A stretch of DNA of 64,000 nt from positions 2,624,001 through 2,688,000 of the forward strand of contig OZ220733.1 in assembly GCA_965116875.1 (NCBI GenBank), written 5' to 3'. Positions 17,429-27,485 of the stretch are shown piece by piece; position 1 is the first letter of the stretch, and each line of letters opens with the position of its first letter. The notes under the pieces were generated by a model. That model did no database searches. It saw only the letters and a program-made list of their open reading frames with translations, and was not told where the DNA came from. The position numbers were made by a program, and so were the translations under genes. This DNA is from Candidatus Latescibacterota bacterium (lineage in GTDB: Bacteria > Latescibacterota > UBA2968 > GCA-2709665).

Positions 17429-19413
17429 GGAGATGCACCGCCGTTCAGCCGCTGCACGATCGCCTCCACGTCGTAAACGCATCCCCCCCAGGTCCCGCCG
17501 CCCACGTTTTGAAGGGCCGCCCACAGCCGTGTATCGTCGGGGAGGTCCGCGTCGGGCGCCAGGTCGGGCCGCGTGGGCCTCTCGCCCAGAATGCGGCATC
17601 CCTCTTCCGGCCCGAAACGCGTCTCGCCCACACCGACGAAGTGGATGCTGCCGGAAAGCGTCTTACGGTCGATTGCAATTTCCACCACGTCGCCGTCCAC
17701 CAGCTTGCCGATCGGGCCGCCGGCCAACGCCTCCGGGCCGATGTGTCCGATGCACGCCCCGGCCGAAAAGCCTGAAAACCGCGCGTCCGTGAGCACAGCG
17801 ACGTGTTTCCCGAACGCCAGGTACTTGAGCGCGGTGGTGATCTGGGCGATCTCCTCCATCCCCGCGCCCATCGGGCCGCGACCGATCAGCACCATGACGT
17901 CCCCCGGCTTTACGCCTTTCGGGCCGGAATCCTTCAGTGCGGCGGCAGCCGCCCTCTCGGTGGTGAACACCTTGACAGGACCGGTCATCCTGTAGACGCC
18001 GTCCGCGTCGACGACCGAAGGGTCGATGGCCGTGCTTTTAACGACGGACCCTTCCGGTGCGATATTTCCCGTGGGGAAACAGACCGTGCTGGTCAGTCCC
18101 CTGGAACGCGCGCGGTCCGCATCCATAATCACGTGGTCCGGGTCGACTCCGTCCTGATCGCGCAGCGCCTGCCGGAGCCTGACCCGCCTTTCGGATTTCT
18201 CCCACCAGTCCAGGTTCTCACCCAGCGTACCTCCGGATATCGTGAGGGCGTCCGTCTCCAGCAGCCCCAGTTTCCGCAGGTGCAGCATGACTTCCGGGAC
18301 GCCGCCCGCCAGAAACGCCCGGACCGTGGGGTGGAACTCCGGACCGTTGGGCAGAACGTCAACCAGGCGCGGGACCTGCCGGTTCACGCGGCTCCAGTCC
18401 TCAACCGCGGGCCGGGAGCGCCCGGCCGCATAAGCGACAGCCGGAATGTGCAGGAGCAGGTTGGTGGATCCGCCGAACGCGGCATGCGTGACCATCGCAT
18501 TGTGAAGAGCGGCATCGGTGATCACGTCGGCCGTGGTGAGTCCGGCCGCATGCATCGCGTACACCGCACGGGCGGACCGGAGCGCCATATCCAGCCAGAC
18601 CGCCTCGCCCGAAGGCGCCAGGGCCGAGTGGGTGAGCGCAAATCCAAGCGCCTCGGCCACCACCTGCGAAGTCGCCGCCGTACCCAGAAACTGGCAGCCG
18701 CCCCCGGGGGTTGCACAGGCCCGGCAGCCCAGGTCCTGCACCTCCGAAAGCGACATCTCCCCGTGCGCCAGCCTGACGCCGACCGACTGGATTTTACCCG
18801 CGTCCTCCCCGTCTTCCGGCGGAAGCGTCACGCCGCCGGGCACGATCGCGGTGGGCAGCGAATGCATCGCCGCCAGTGCGATCATCATCGCGGGCAAACC
18901 CTTGTCGCAGGTTGCAACGCCGATCACCCCTTTTCGCGTGGGAAGCGACCGGACCAGCCGCCGGAGCACGGTCGCCGCGTCGTTTCGGTACGCCAGACTG
19001 TCCATCATGCCGGTCGTGCCCTGCGAACGTCCGTCGCAGGGGTCCGAGCAATATCCCGCAAAGGGAATACCGCCCAGGCGGTGAATCTCCAGGGCGGCCT
19101 CCCGCATCAGCAACCCCACCTCCCAGTGCCCGGTGTGGTATCCCAGCGCGACCGGGCGTCCGTCCGGTTCGCGAATCCCTCCCATCGTACTCAGGATCAG
19201 GAATTCGGGCCGGCCCAGTTCGGTAGGATCCCAACCCATGCCCGCGTTCTGGCTGTAGCCGAAGATATCCCCGCTGGGAGATTCAACCACCAGCTCTTCC
19301 GTGAGGGAAATCAGCCGGCCTTCGGGTCCAGGCGCGCGCGTTCGGACCTCGAAAACCGATTCGTCGCCCGACTGCAGGATGGATTGCACGGATGGATTGC
19401 TTACGGCAGGCAT
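17425..19413 (-). CDS. YjhG/YagF-family D-xylonate dehydratase (IlvD/Edd superfamily)
   Basis: [44 protein letters not shown]. Confidence 0.9.
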   Translation of the reverse strand: MPAVSNPSVQSILQSGDESVFEVRTRAPGPEGRLISLTEELVVESPSGDIFGYSQNAGMGWDPTELGRPEFLILSTMGGIREPDGRPVALGYHTGHWEVGLLMREAALEIHRLGGIPFAGYCSDPCDGRSQGTTGMMDSLAYRNDAATVLRRLVRSLPTRKGVIGVATCDKGLPAMMIALAAMHSLPTAIVPGGVTLPPEDGEDAGKIQSVGVRLAHGEMSLSEVQDLGCRACATPGGGCQFLGTAATSQVVAEALGFALTHSALAPSGEAVWLDMALRSARAVYAMHAAGLTTADVITDAALHNAMVTHAAFGGSTNLLLHIPAVAYAAGRSRPAVEDWSRVNRQVPRLVDVLPNGPEFHPTVRAFLAGGVPEVMLHLRKLGLLETDALTISGGTLGENLDWWEKSERRVRLRQALRDQDGVDPDHVIMDADRARSRGLTSTVCFPTGNIAPEGSVVKSTAIDPSVVDADGVYRMTGPVKVFTTERAAAAALKDSGPKGVKPGDVMVLIGRGPMGAGMEEIAQITTALKYLAFGKHVAVLTDARFSGFSAGACIGHIGPEALAGGPIGKLVDGDVVEIAIDRKTLSGSIHFVGVGETRFGPEEGCRILGERPTRPDLAPDADLPDDTRLWAALQNVGGGTWGGCVYDVEAIVQRLNGGASP

Positions 19414-19441
19414 GAAGACTCCTCAATTCAGCGCAGAACGC

Positions 19442-20212
19442 TCACTCCAGTCCCATGGCCTTCAGATTCCGGAGGCTGATGCCCAGGCTCTCGAACGGGT
19501 CCCGCTGGCACGTGTCCTGCTCCACGATGTACCACCGGGTGCCGGCCGCCGTGCACGCATCCAGAATGGCCGGCCAATTCAGGTTGCCCTCGCCCACCTC
19601 GGCGTAGAGCTGCTCCCGGCCGCGCATGGCCATATCCTTCACGTGAACCAGGTCGGCCCGGCCCGCGGCCCTGCGAATCCACTCGGCGGGGTCTCCGCCT
19701 CCGTGCTGGACCCAGTAGGTATCGATCTCCAGTTGGACGACCTCGGGGTCGCTTTCCTCAAACAGGATCTGCAGCCCCGTCCGATCGCCGAATCGCTCCA
19801 GTTCAAAGCTGTGGTTATGATACCCGAACGTGAGTCCGGCCACTGCCAGTTTCCGCGCGACTTCGGATGCCTCGCGAGCGAACCGCCTGTAACCCTCGCC
19901 ACCGCCTTCGCGATAGCTCTGGGGCAGGCCGCCGATCGCCGGGTACAGGCATCCCCACAACAGGTGCTCGTCGATGACAGACTGGGTCTCATCCCGCATG
20001 CGTTCGTAGCTGGTGTGTGTGGCGCAGATCTCGAGGCCCTCGCCATCGGCCATGTCCTTGAGTTCCTCCGGGCTGATCTCTCCGAATGCAGACACCTGCA
20101 TGGCGTCGTATCCCAGCGCCTTCACCTTCTTGAGGCTGGCCGCGACGTCCGCGGGTGTCTGCGTAAATTCACGCACCGTATACATCTGCGCAGCCAATAC
20201 CGTACCGGCCAT
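19442..20212 (-). CDS. Sugar phosphate isomerase/epimerase (xylose isomerase-like TIM barrel)
   Basis: QMYTVRE, YHNHSFE, EIDTYW, HVKD, IVEQD. Confidence 0.88.
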   Translation of the reverse strand: MAGTVLAAQMYTVREFTQTPADVAASLKKVKALGYDAMQVSAFGEISPEELKDMADGEGLEICATHTSYERMRDETQSVIDEHLLWGCLYPAIGGLPQSYREGGGEGYRRFAREASEVARKLAVAGLTFGYHNHSFELERFGDRTGLQILFEESDPEVVQLEIDTYWVQHGGGDPAEWIRRAAGRADLVHVKDMAMRGREQLYAEVGEGNLNWPAILDACTAAGTRWYIVEQDTCQRDPFESLGISLRNLKAMGLE

Positions 20213-20408
20213 CTTCCGCTCCTTTCCACAATCGTCAATGCATTCTATACACCTTTTTCTCAAGTACCAAAATACCAAAGGATCGAGGAACTTCCAAGCC
20301 AAGTTTTCCCGCCGGAAGCCTGAAATCCTACGACGCTGACAGGAACGATTTTTAACTGGTATTTTTCCGAAACCAATGTATTTTTAATTCGAAGTTTCCG
20401 CTCCCTGA

Positions 20409-20568
20409 CAGTCCGTTGAAAAAGTCGCTCTGCAGGCGAGGCCGAGCCATTGTGGTCGAAGACAAGGCGCGCGACCGAGTCCCATCCTGCGATTCGGCGA
20501 GGGAGCGCAACGCAGTATTTCGACCGCAAGGGCCGGCCGTAGCCCGGATGGGCTTTTTCAACGGGCTG
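20409..20568. mobile_element. MITE family 1 (160 bp, 16-bp terminal inverted repeats)
   Basis: CAGTCCGTTGAAAAAG...CTTTTTCAACGGGCTG (15/16 complementary); its right end (20541-20571) is repeated exactly at 26581-26611. Confidence 0.75.
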
Positions 20569-20639
20569 CTACTTCCTCCCCGTTTTGCGCGATCCCCTTT
20601 TTTCGTACGAGCCCGCCTCCCTCGCAGAGGAGCCCGTTT

Positions 20640-22910
20640 ATGTCCGCATTGCAGCACGCGACAACGCAACAGGAGCGCCGCAACCGGACGCTTCTGGGCG
20701 GTTCGCGATATCTGTCCGACAACGTTACGTCACAGGTTTTGCCAATACATATCGACGTCCGCCAGACCGATTCGTTGACGGATGCGCAGGTCAACCATTT
20801 TACAGCCCTTCAGATCGACGCGGCCCGTACGGCAGTGCGTTCGCTGGCATCCCTGGCCGAAGTCGGAGAGGCGGACCACCTGGGCGGCGGCATCGGCCTG
20901 ATTCCGCCATTGGTGCTCACCCTGGCGGTGGTCGACTTCGAGCGTATCGAGTACACCATCGAACACGCCCATACCAGCGTCGGATATTTCGCGGCGCTTT
21001 CCGCGGTCGGGTTTGTGGAACCCGAACACGTTGTGACCGACTTTCGGCGCGGTCTGGATCTTCCCGGCCACGTTTCGTGGCTGCCGGGGGGCACGCAGAT
21101 GAACGGCGGACGCCTGGGCGTGATGATTCCGGTTGCGGTTGGCAATGCGCTGGGTAAGCGCGGTTCGTACGGCGACGGATGCTGGGTTGTTGCCCATTGC
21201 GGAGACGCCGGCTGGATTTCCGGCCAGGCGTTGAACGGCTTCAACGCCGCGCACGTTCACGGCGCGCCAATCACGTTTGTCATGGACCGAAACGGGATCC
21301 AGCTTTCCGGCAGCACCAGGAGCATTCTGGACAAGGACCCCCGGTCCATCATCGGCGCAATGGGTGTGGAGATTCTTGAAATTCCCACGCTGCACGATCC
21401 CGCCGGCCTGTACAGCGCGTACCGAGAGGCGTACGGACTGGCGCAGGGGGGCCGACCCAGCCTTATCTATCCGGTCGGCTTCCGGTCCGGGAACGGTACG
21501 CGGATCGACCTGTCGCATTTTGGTGAAACCCACGGCATTCCGGATGAGGTCGAAGCCTTCGCGGGACGACACGACGTGCCTATGGACCGCGAGATCTGGG
21601 TCCCCGGATCTCTGATGAGCTATAGAGACGTGGAGCCCATGCTGGAGTGCCTCTTCCTGGTGAACGACCTGCCTGGCGGCGCCGGCCACCACGACGGGGG
21701 CATGAAGGGCCGCAACGAAGCCGACGTGCTCGCCGGTTCCATGTTCCGGGCGACGTCCGGCCAGTCGGAAGCGCTGGAGAATCTGAAGTCGCAGCCGGCC
21801 CTGGAGGTCGTGACCCGCGCCCGTCCGGCGCCTGGAAGCCCGAATCTGGTACTGCCTGAAGGCGCGGCGGCAAGCGTCTCCTTACCCGGGCCGGGTGAGA
21901 TGAAGAGCGCCCGCGACGGTTCGGAAGCCGGTTACGCGCTGGTGGCCGAGACCTTTCCCGAACGTGTCTTCGTGGTCAGCTGCGACCTGGACGCTTCCAC
22001 CAAACTGTCGAAGGCCCGGAGTCACCTGGCCGAAGACCATCAGTTCGAGATCAGCATCGAAGAACAGGCGGCCACCCTCATCGCCAACGGCCTGGCCACC
22101 AGTACCCCGAACCCGCAACTGAACGTGGTGTCCACCTTCGCGGCCTTCTTCGAAGGCATTGCCCGGGAAGGCTTTGACATGTGGCAGTACCAGCGCAATC
22201 TGACGGGAGCGAACGAAGGTCTGAACGTCACCTTCCATCTCTCTCACGTTGGCGCGTGTACGGGCCGGGACCATTTTTCCGGATGGGGGCTGGACTGGAT
22301 CAACGTGGGGCTCAACTACCTTCCGTACCTGCACCGGTTCTACGCCCCGGCCGATGCGCGGTCCGCCTTTCTTGCCGTGATCGACCTGGCCGCCAATTAC
22401 GGCGGACATATCATCGGGATTCCCCGGGACAACCTGCCCGTCCTCGAAAAGCAGGACGGCTCCGGCCCGCTCTGGACCGAGGGGGAGGCGTGGCAAGCCG
22501 TCACGCCCTGCCGGACCTTTGCCGGGGCCCGTCGCGCGATCCTGGCTTTCGGCGCGCCGGCATTCCTGGCCGCGGAGGCCGCGGACATCCTGAACGACCG
22601 GGGCGCAGGGGCGGACGTGTACGTTGTCAACGGGCTGCCCCTGCCGACGGGGCGCCTGGAATCGTTGATATCACGATACACCGGGGGCGTCGTCACCATC
22701 GAAGACGGAAAGATCGGCACGCCTCAAACCGGACTCAGGGGGTTCGCTGGCCTGGTGGCCACCGCGGCCTCGTCCCGGAACATCGCCCATGCGCACGTGG
22801 GTCTGACGGATCCGACAATCGCCCCGTCCGACGGGCATATGGAGACCTGGGCGCACTTCGGCATCACCACCGACGCGCTGGTCGATGCGGTTGATCGTCT
22901 GCAGGGGTGA
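20640..22910 (+). CDS. Divergent transketolase-like ThDP-dependent enzyme (all domains fused)
   Basis: DHLGG, LPGH, GDAG..N ThDP-binding variant, DLDAST, ISIEEQ, STFAAF, VVTIED. Confidence 0.75.
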   Translation: MSALQHATTQQERRNRTLLGGSRYLSDNVTSQVLPIHIDVRQTDSLTDAQVNHFTALQIDAARTAVRSLASLAEVGEADHLGGGIGLIPPLVLTLAVVDFERIEYTIEHAHTSVGYFAALSAVGFVEPEHVVTDFRRGLDLPGHVSWLPGGTQMNGGRLGVMIPVAVGNALGKRGSYGDGCWVVAHCGDAGWISGQALNGFNAAHVHGAPITFVMDRNGIQLSGSTRSILDKDPRSIIGAMGVEILEIPTLHDPAGLYSAYREAYGLAQGGRPSLIYPVGFRSGNGTRIDLSHFGETHGIPDEVEAFAGRHDVPMDREIWVPGSLMSYRDVEPMLECLFLVNDLPGGAGHHDGGMKGRNEADVLAGSMFRATSGQSEALENLKSQPALEVVTRARPAPGSPNLVLPEGAAASVSLPGPGEMKSARDGSEAGYALVAETFPERVFVVSCDLDASTKLSKARSHLAEDHQFEISIEEQAATLIANGLATSTPNPQLNVVSTFAAFFEGIAREGFDMWQYQRNLTGANEGLNVTFHLSHVGACTGRDHFSGWGLDWINVGLNYLPYLHRFYAPADARSAFLAVIDLAANYGGHIIGIPRDNLPVLEKQDGSGPLWTEGEAWQAVTPCRTFAGARRAILAFGAPAFLAAEAADILNDRGAGADVYVVNGLPLPTGRLESLISRYTGGVVTIEDGKIGTPQTGLRGFAGLVATAASSRNIAHAHVGLTDPTIAPSDGHMETWAHFGITTDALVDAVDRLQG

Positions 22911-23101
22911 ATTGCAGCGTTCGGGGAAGGGACAACTGGAGGCGGGTGGGACGGACGGCGCCGACCGGCGCGCGGACCCGGAGCTTACACGGGCGGGAGG
23001 AACGAGGCTTTCTTCGCGTGTGTCTTTGTGAGAGGCAGAGAATCCGCAACACGCGTCGCCATGCGGTTACGACCCTGTTTCCGCACAGAAGCTTTCCAAC
23101 G

Positions 23102-24430
23102 CTAGAAAATCCTGTAGCTCAAGCCCATATTGAAGCTTTGCCTGGACTTTTCGCCTCTGGCGACGCGAAAGGACTCGGAAAGCGTCATGTTGAATTTGTT
23201 TTCGATATAGAAGCTGAGCGCAAACGCGATATGTGAGATGATCTCGGCTTCCCTATCGTTGCGCTTCTGTGCGCGAATGGTCTTCAGTGTCGTGAACCGG
23301 ACCCTGTTCGTCACCTCGTAGATGAAGTCCGTTTTCAGGCGCAGGTTGTAGTCGCTCCCGAAGGCATTCGAAAATGGCGTATCGTAGTGGAAGTCGGTAT
23401 TGATCTGCGTGCTCCAGCTGATCGGGTGGGAATATCGAAAATTGATGAGGAAACCGGGCGGCGGCCGGTCGGTGTCTTCATAGGGATTCAGCACCTGAAA
23501 CTGTACGCCGGTCGTGATGTCCCATCCATAGAATCTCTTGCTGATCTGCTCCTGTGTCAACACTTCCTGAATCCGCACGAGTCCGAATCCGATCTCATCG
23601 CCCAGCACCCGGCGGGACCTCCTGATCTCGGCAAGCATGTCCTCGAACCAGTAGTTCTCGTAACGGTCTCCGTGCTGTTCCTTGTATTCCCTTTCCCTGT
23701 CTATAATATGCGCCAGTTCGATCATCGTCTCCTTGGAGAAGTGTTCGCCGATGATCCCCTCCTCCAGGAAGAATTCCTCGATTCTTCCCGCTTTCCGAAG
23801 GGCGGTGGCGTCGATGAACCGTCCGTGTCCGATGCCCAGCGTCATCTCGATGTTGGGTCGATCGTATCCGGAATCCAGGTCCGAGTCCGTGCCCCACGAA
23901 TAGAAGAGGCTGCCTTCGTTCCGGTGATATTTCTTCAGGTTCGTCTTCAGGTGGGTCAGGGCGTCCCGCTCGTTTTCCTTGGTGATGATATTCTTCCGGA
24001 TCGAACCGTGACCGGTTGCGTCCACGGAATAGGCATACGGCAGCGACTCGTAGAACTTCTTGTAGACGACGGACACGTTTCCATTCTGTACGACAGTCTC
24101 GTCGCCCTCCGTTGCGTAGTTGAAGCTGAGCGCGTCGACGCGCAGGTTGTGCGCCCTGCTGACGGGGACCACGTAGTCCGTAATCGACACGTTTTGCGCC
24201 GTCGCCGCGGAAGCCGTCAGCAGGCAGAACATCGCCGGCCGTACAAGCGCCACCCGGAGAAGGAAATGTACGCATCCCGCCAGTTCGCGCGGAAGGTCCG
24301 CCAGCGCCCGTTGATGCAGATACGGCCCTCTCTCGGTGCAACTTCGTGCCGGACCGCAACCGGGACCCGCCGGCCGGCCCACTGTCGCCATTCGCAGCTG
24401 CTCTCGCCTCGTTCCCGTTTTTCCTGTCAT
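23102..24430 (-). CDS. Hypothetical protein, possible outer-membrane beta-barrel (start uncertain)
   Basis: Signal-like MFCLLTASAATAQ internal to the ORF; amphipathic strands; C-terminal GLSYRIF. Confidence 0.6.
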   Translation of the reverse strand: MTGKTGTRREQLRMATVGRPAGPGCGPARSCTERGPYLHQRALADLPRELAGCVHFLLRVALVRPAMFCLLTASAATAQNVSITDYVVPVSRAHNLRVDALSFNYATEGDETVVQNGNVSVVYKKFYESLPYAYSVDATGHGSIRKNIITKENERDALTHLKTNLKKYHRNEGSLFYSWGTDSDLDSGYDRPNIEMTLGIGHGRFIDATALRKAGRIEEFFLEEGIIGEHFSKETMIELAHIIDREREYKEQHGDRYENYWFEDMLAEIRRSRRVLGDEIGFGLVRIQEVLTQEQISKRFYGWDITTGVQFQVLNPYEDTDRPPPGFLINFRYSHPISWSTQINTDFHYDTPFSNAFGSDYNLRLKTDFIYEVTNRVRFTTLKTIRAQKRNDREAEIISHIAFALSFYIENKFNMTLSESFRVARGEKSRQSFNMGLSYRIF

Positions 24431-25188
24431 TTCTCTTCTCCCCTGTCTTCGTGTAAGGGATCGGCCTTCGATGAATCGGGTGGCTCCATCAGGAATGTAA
24501 TGTCGTCGTAGTCCGCTTTTACGAACGACTTTGTGTTGTCCGAATCCGTCAGCACGGCAACGGCCTTCACCAGCCGCGGGTCGCTACCGAAAACACGTTT
24601 GTAGTCTTCATAGGCATTGACCTCTTCCCACATCCATTTGCCGGTATTCCTGCGTCCGGATTGCAGTACGATTACTTTTGTGCTTTCGTGGTGCGGGCTT
24701 TCCGTGTGCGTGCCCGCCGGCAGTGTCGCACTCCACACGTACTTGAGCGTTTTGGGCCGGATTCTGCCACCGAACACCAGGCGCACCGCCGCGGCGCTGT
24801 CGTTGGTTTCCTTGTCGTTTTCATTGCCGTCTTCCGGGAGCTTGTGCACCCGCCACCGCCATCTGAGCTTTTTCCAGATACGAAGGTTGACTTTTACCGG
24901 CCGGCCCGCATTTGTCGCCCTGCCCACGGTTTCGGCGCTCAGAAAATGGTCGCCGTTCTCCTTCTGTATCGTGTAATACAGGTCCTCCCTCTTCTTTGCC
25001 TTCTTCTGGCGCCAGCCCACCCGCGCTTCCCAGTTCCCGGGAAACCGTCCGAGCTGCCCGGGGTACTCGAATCGTTCCAGAATGAGGACGGAATCCCGGG
25101 AAGGCGTATAGAAGTGAGCCGGTGGATCGGCCGCGTACGCCGTGGATCCGATCAGGACCCCGATGATTGTTTTCTGAAGTCGTCTCAT
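24427..25188 (-). CDS. DUF3047 domain secreted protein
   Basis: Signal peptide; LRWRWRV, DSAAAV, LKYVWS, VLQSG, LTDSDNT. Confidence 0.8.
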   Translation of the reverse strand: MRRLQKTIIGVLIGSTAYAADPPAHFYTPSRDSVLILERFEYPGQLGRFPGNWEARVGWRQKKAKKREDLYYTIQKENGDHFLSAETVGRATNAGRPVKVNLRIWKKLRWRWRVHKLPEDGNENDKETNDSAAAVRLVFGGRIRPKTLKYVWSATLPAGTHTESPHHESTKVIVLQSGRRNTGKWMWEEVNAYEDYKRVFGSDPRLVKAVAVLTDSDNTKSFVKADYDDITFLMEPPDSSKADPLHEDRGEEK

Positions 25189-25315
25189 AGGAAGTCGGGT
25201 CGATGCCGCTTCACGGAACGCCGTGGAACCGGGAATTCCGCAGGGATTCTACGTCAATCCGTACCGCCCTGCCGGCACCTCAGAAAATATAGGAAATAGA
25301 CTCTTCAAGGTGTAC

Positions 25316-25347
25316 AAAAAAGCCCGTGAACAGACCTTCGGCCGGGC
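25316..25347 (-). terminator. Possible intrinsic terminator
   Basis: GCCCG..CGGGC stem followed by T6 on the minus strand. Confidence 0.45.
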
Positions 25348-25425
25348 CCGCGGAACAGGCATAAAGATACCGCCACGGAACCCGTTCCCGCGGCGGTGAC
25401 GACGCCTTGAGCGTTCACGCCTTCG

Positions 25426-26556
25426 CTATGCGCCGAATTCCCGGGCGAATCGAACGAAATCTCCAAACCCGACGCGACCGTCTCCGTCCAGGTCAAATCC
25501 GGTTTCGTAGTCCGCGTCACCCGCTTCGGAACCGAAAGCCCTCGCAAACAACAAAAAGTCGGCAAAATCCACCTGGCCGCTGCCGTCGAAATCCGCTGAT
25601 CTCCGCTGGACGCTGACGCTTGCCACCGGCAGGATTCCTTCGCCGTAATTCCAGCCCGTCCCCCAGTCCACCTTCTTCGTTTCCGCATCGACAGCACCGA
25701 CGTGATACCAGAGATCCGAACTGTTATGAGATTCATGCACCTCCGTGGTGATTCCACTGTCCAGTGCGACGTTGGGAGCGAGGCCCCGGTCGAACTCCAT
25801 TGCTTCTCCCCACTCGACGGTCTTGCGCTTCGCGTCCAGTATGCCCACGTGGTACCATAGACGCAGTCCGCTGATCGACTCATGCATCTCCATGACCACG
25901 CCGTTGTCCATATCCACGGAGGGCGTCTGGCCGCCGTCGTATTCCTGCGCGTCACCCCACGCAATGGACTTCGACGTTGTATCCACCATACCCACGGTGT
26001 ACCAGAGACGTTCACCCTCTTCGGATTGATGGGTTTCCACCACAATTCCGTCCCAAAGGGCAACTGACGGGTACTGTCCCCCGTCGTACTTCTGCGCCTC
26101 ACCCCAGTCAATCGATTTGGCCTGTGTATCCACGAGGCCCACGTGGTACCACAGATTCGTACCGAAATGGGACTGATGCACTTCCACGACGACGCGGCCT
26201 TCCAACGCGACCATGGGAAACTGGCCCGCGTCGTACCTCGTACCCTCGCCCCAGAGGATGGCCTTTTTTCCCGCGTCAACCTCGCCGACTTTGTACCAGA
26301 GATTCGTGCCGAGGTGGGACTGGTGCACCTCGACGACAAGGGTTCCATCCACGGCCACGGAGGGGGCCTGGCCGTCGTCGTGCGCCCCCACCTCCCCCCA
26401 GTCGACCGTACGCGTATCCGCGTCGATCACGCCGACCCGGTACCTCAACTCCGACACCTCTTCCTCCTGGTGCATCTCCACGACCACGTCGGCCGCCGGA
26501 ATTGAAATGCCCCAGAGGCACGCGCACAGAAAGATGGTGAATCGAAAGACTCGCAT
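25426..26556 (-). CDS. Secreted repeat protein (about six ~45-aa repeats, probable beta-propeller) with C-terminal paired EF-hand/dockerin-like domain
   Basis: Repeat VVEVHQS..LWYHVG.VD..K.I.WGE...YD.GQ.PSVA; tail ADFDGSGQVDFADF..DLDGDGRVGFGDF. Confidence 0.8.
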   Translation of the reverse strand: MRVFRFTIFLCACLWGISIPAADVVVEMHQEEEVSELRYRVGVIDADTRTVDWGEVGAHDDGQAPSVAVDGTLVVEVHQSHLGTNLWYKVGEVDAGKKAILWGEGTRYDAGQFPMVALEGRVVVEVHQSHFGTNLWYHVGLVDTQAKSIDWGEAQKYDGGQYPSVALWDGIVVETHQSEEGERLWYTVGMVDTTSKSIAWGDAQEYDGGQTPSVDMDNGVVMEMHESISGLRLWYHVGILDAKRKTVEWGEAMEFDRGLAPNVALDSGITTEVHESHNSSDLWYHVGAVDAETKKVDWGTGWNYGEGILPVASVSVQRRSADFDGSGQVDFADFLLFARAFGSEAGDADYETGFDLDGDGRVGFGDFVRFAREFGA

Positions 26557-26580
26557 CGTGTCTCAATTCGCGAAATATGG

Positions 26581-26611
26581 AGCCCGGATGGGCTTTTTCA
26601 ACGGGCTGCTA
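26581..26611. repeat. Solo right end of MITE family 1
   Basis: AGCCCGGATGGGCTTTTTCAACGGGCTGCTA, identical to 20541-20571; terminal CTA is the SDR stop codon. Confidence 0.8.
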
Positions 26612-27364
26612 TTTAAGGCATAGTCCGCCGTCCACTTTCAGAATCGTCCCCGTAATATAATCCGCCGCGTCGGAACACAGAAACGCGGCCGCTTTTCCCA
26701 GGTCCTCGATCGTGGCCAGCCTGCCCCATGGCATGCCCCTGGCGGCCTCCCTGATCTGCTCGTCCGTGGCGAATTGCCGTTCGCCCGGCGTGTCCGTATA
26801 TCCGGGTTCGATCACGTTGGCACGGATTCGATGCGGCGCAAGCTCGGCCGCGATCGTGCGGCACATCTGGTTGATGCCCGCCTTGGCCGAATTGTACGGC
26901 ATGGACGTTGGCATCGGTACGTGCGCCAGCACGGAACTGATGAACAGGATGCTTCCGCCGTCTCCCCGGTCCACCATCTGCCGGGCGCCGGCCTGCGCCG
27001 TGTGGAAGCTGCCCCACATGCAGACCTCCCACGTCCGCCGCACAGCCTGTATCGAGAGTTCAAGGAAAGGCTCACGCTTGCTGTAATAGGCATTGGCCAC
27101 GACAACGTCGAGTCTACCGAACCGGTCCGCGGTTGCTTCGACCATCCGGTCCACGGCCCCCCGGTCCGACACATCGGCCTGCAAGACCAGCGCCTCACGA
27201 CCCTCTGCGCGGACCTCGTTCGCGACGTTCTCCGCGTCTTCGGGATGCGAATGGTAATTCACCGCGATATTGGCGCCCGCGCGGGCCATCTCTACGGCGC
27301 AGCCGCGTCCGATGCCCCGGGAAGAACCGGTTATCAACGCCACCTTGCCTGTCATATCAACCAT
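26609..27364 (-). CDS. SDR-family NAD(P)-dependent oxidoreductase
   Basis: TGSSRGIG, YNSAK (YxxxK), PGYTDT, VDGG. Confidence 0.93.
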   Translation of the reverse strand: MVDMTGKVALITGSSRGIGRGCAVEMARAGANIAVNYHSHPEDAENVANEVRAEGREALVLQADVSDRGAVDRMVEATADRFGRLDVVVANAYYSKREPFLELSIQAVRRTWEVCMWGSFHTAQAGARQMVDRGDGGSILFISSVLAHVPMPTSMPYNSAKAGINQMCRTIAAELAPHRIRANVIEPGYTDTPGERQFATDEQIREAARGMPWGRLATIEDLGKAAAFLCSDAADYITGTILKVDGGLCLK

Positions 27365-27485
27365 AAGACCTCTTCCCCTTCAATATCGCCGGCGTCTGGT
27401 GTTCCGTCCCGGAGACAGATTGCCGAATGGTGAGGTATTTCGGGGCCGGGACACGAAAGATCCGGTGGATACCCGGGACAGTACA

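Noticed and set aside
25426-26556. Diversity-generating retroelement template/variable repeats
   Set aside because: The repeats are in-frame protein repeats with no adenine-specific pattern, and no reverse transcriptase is in the window.
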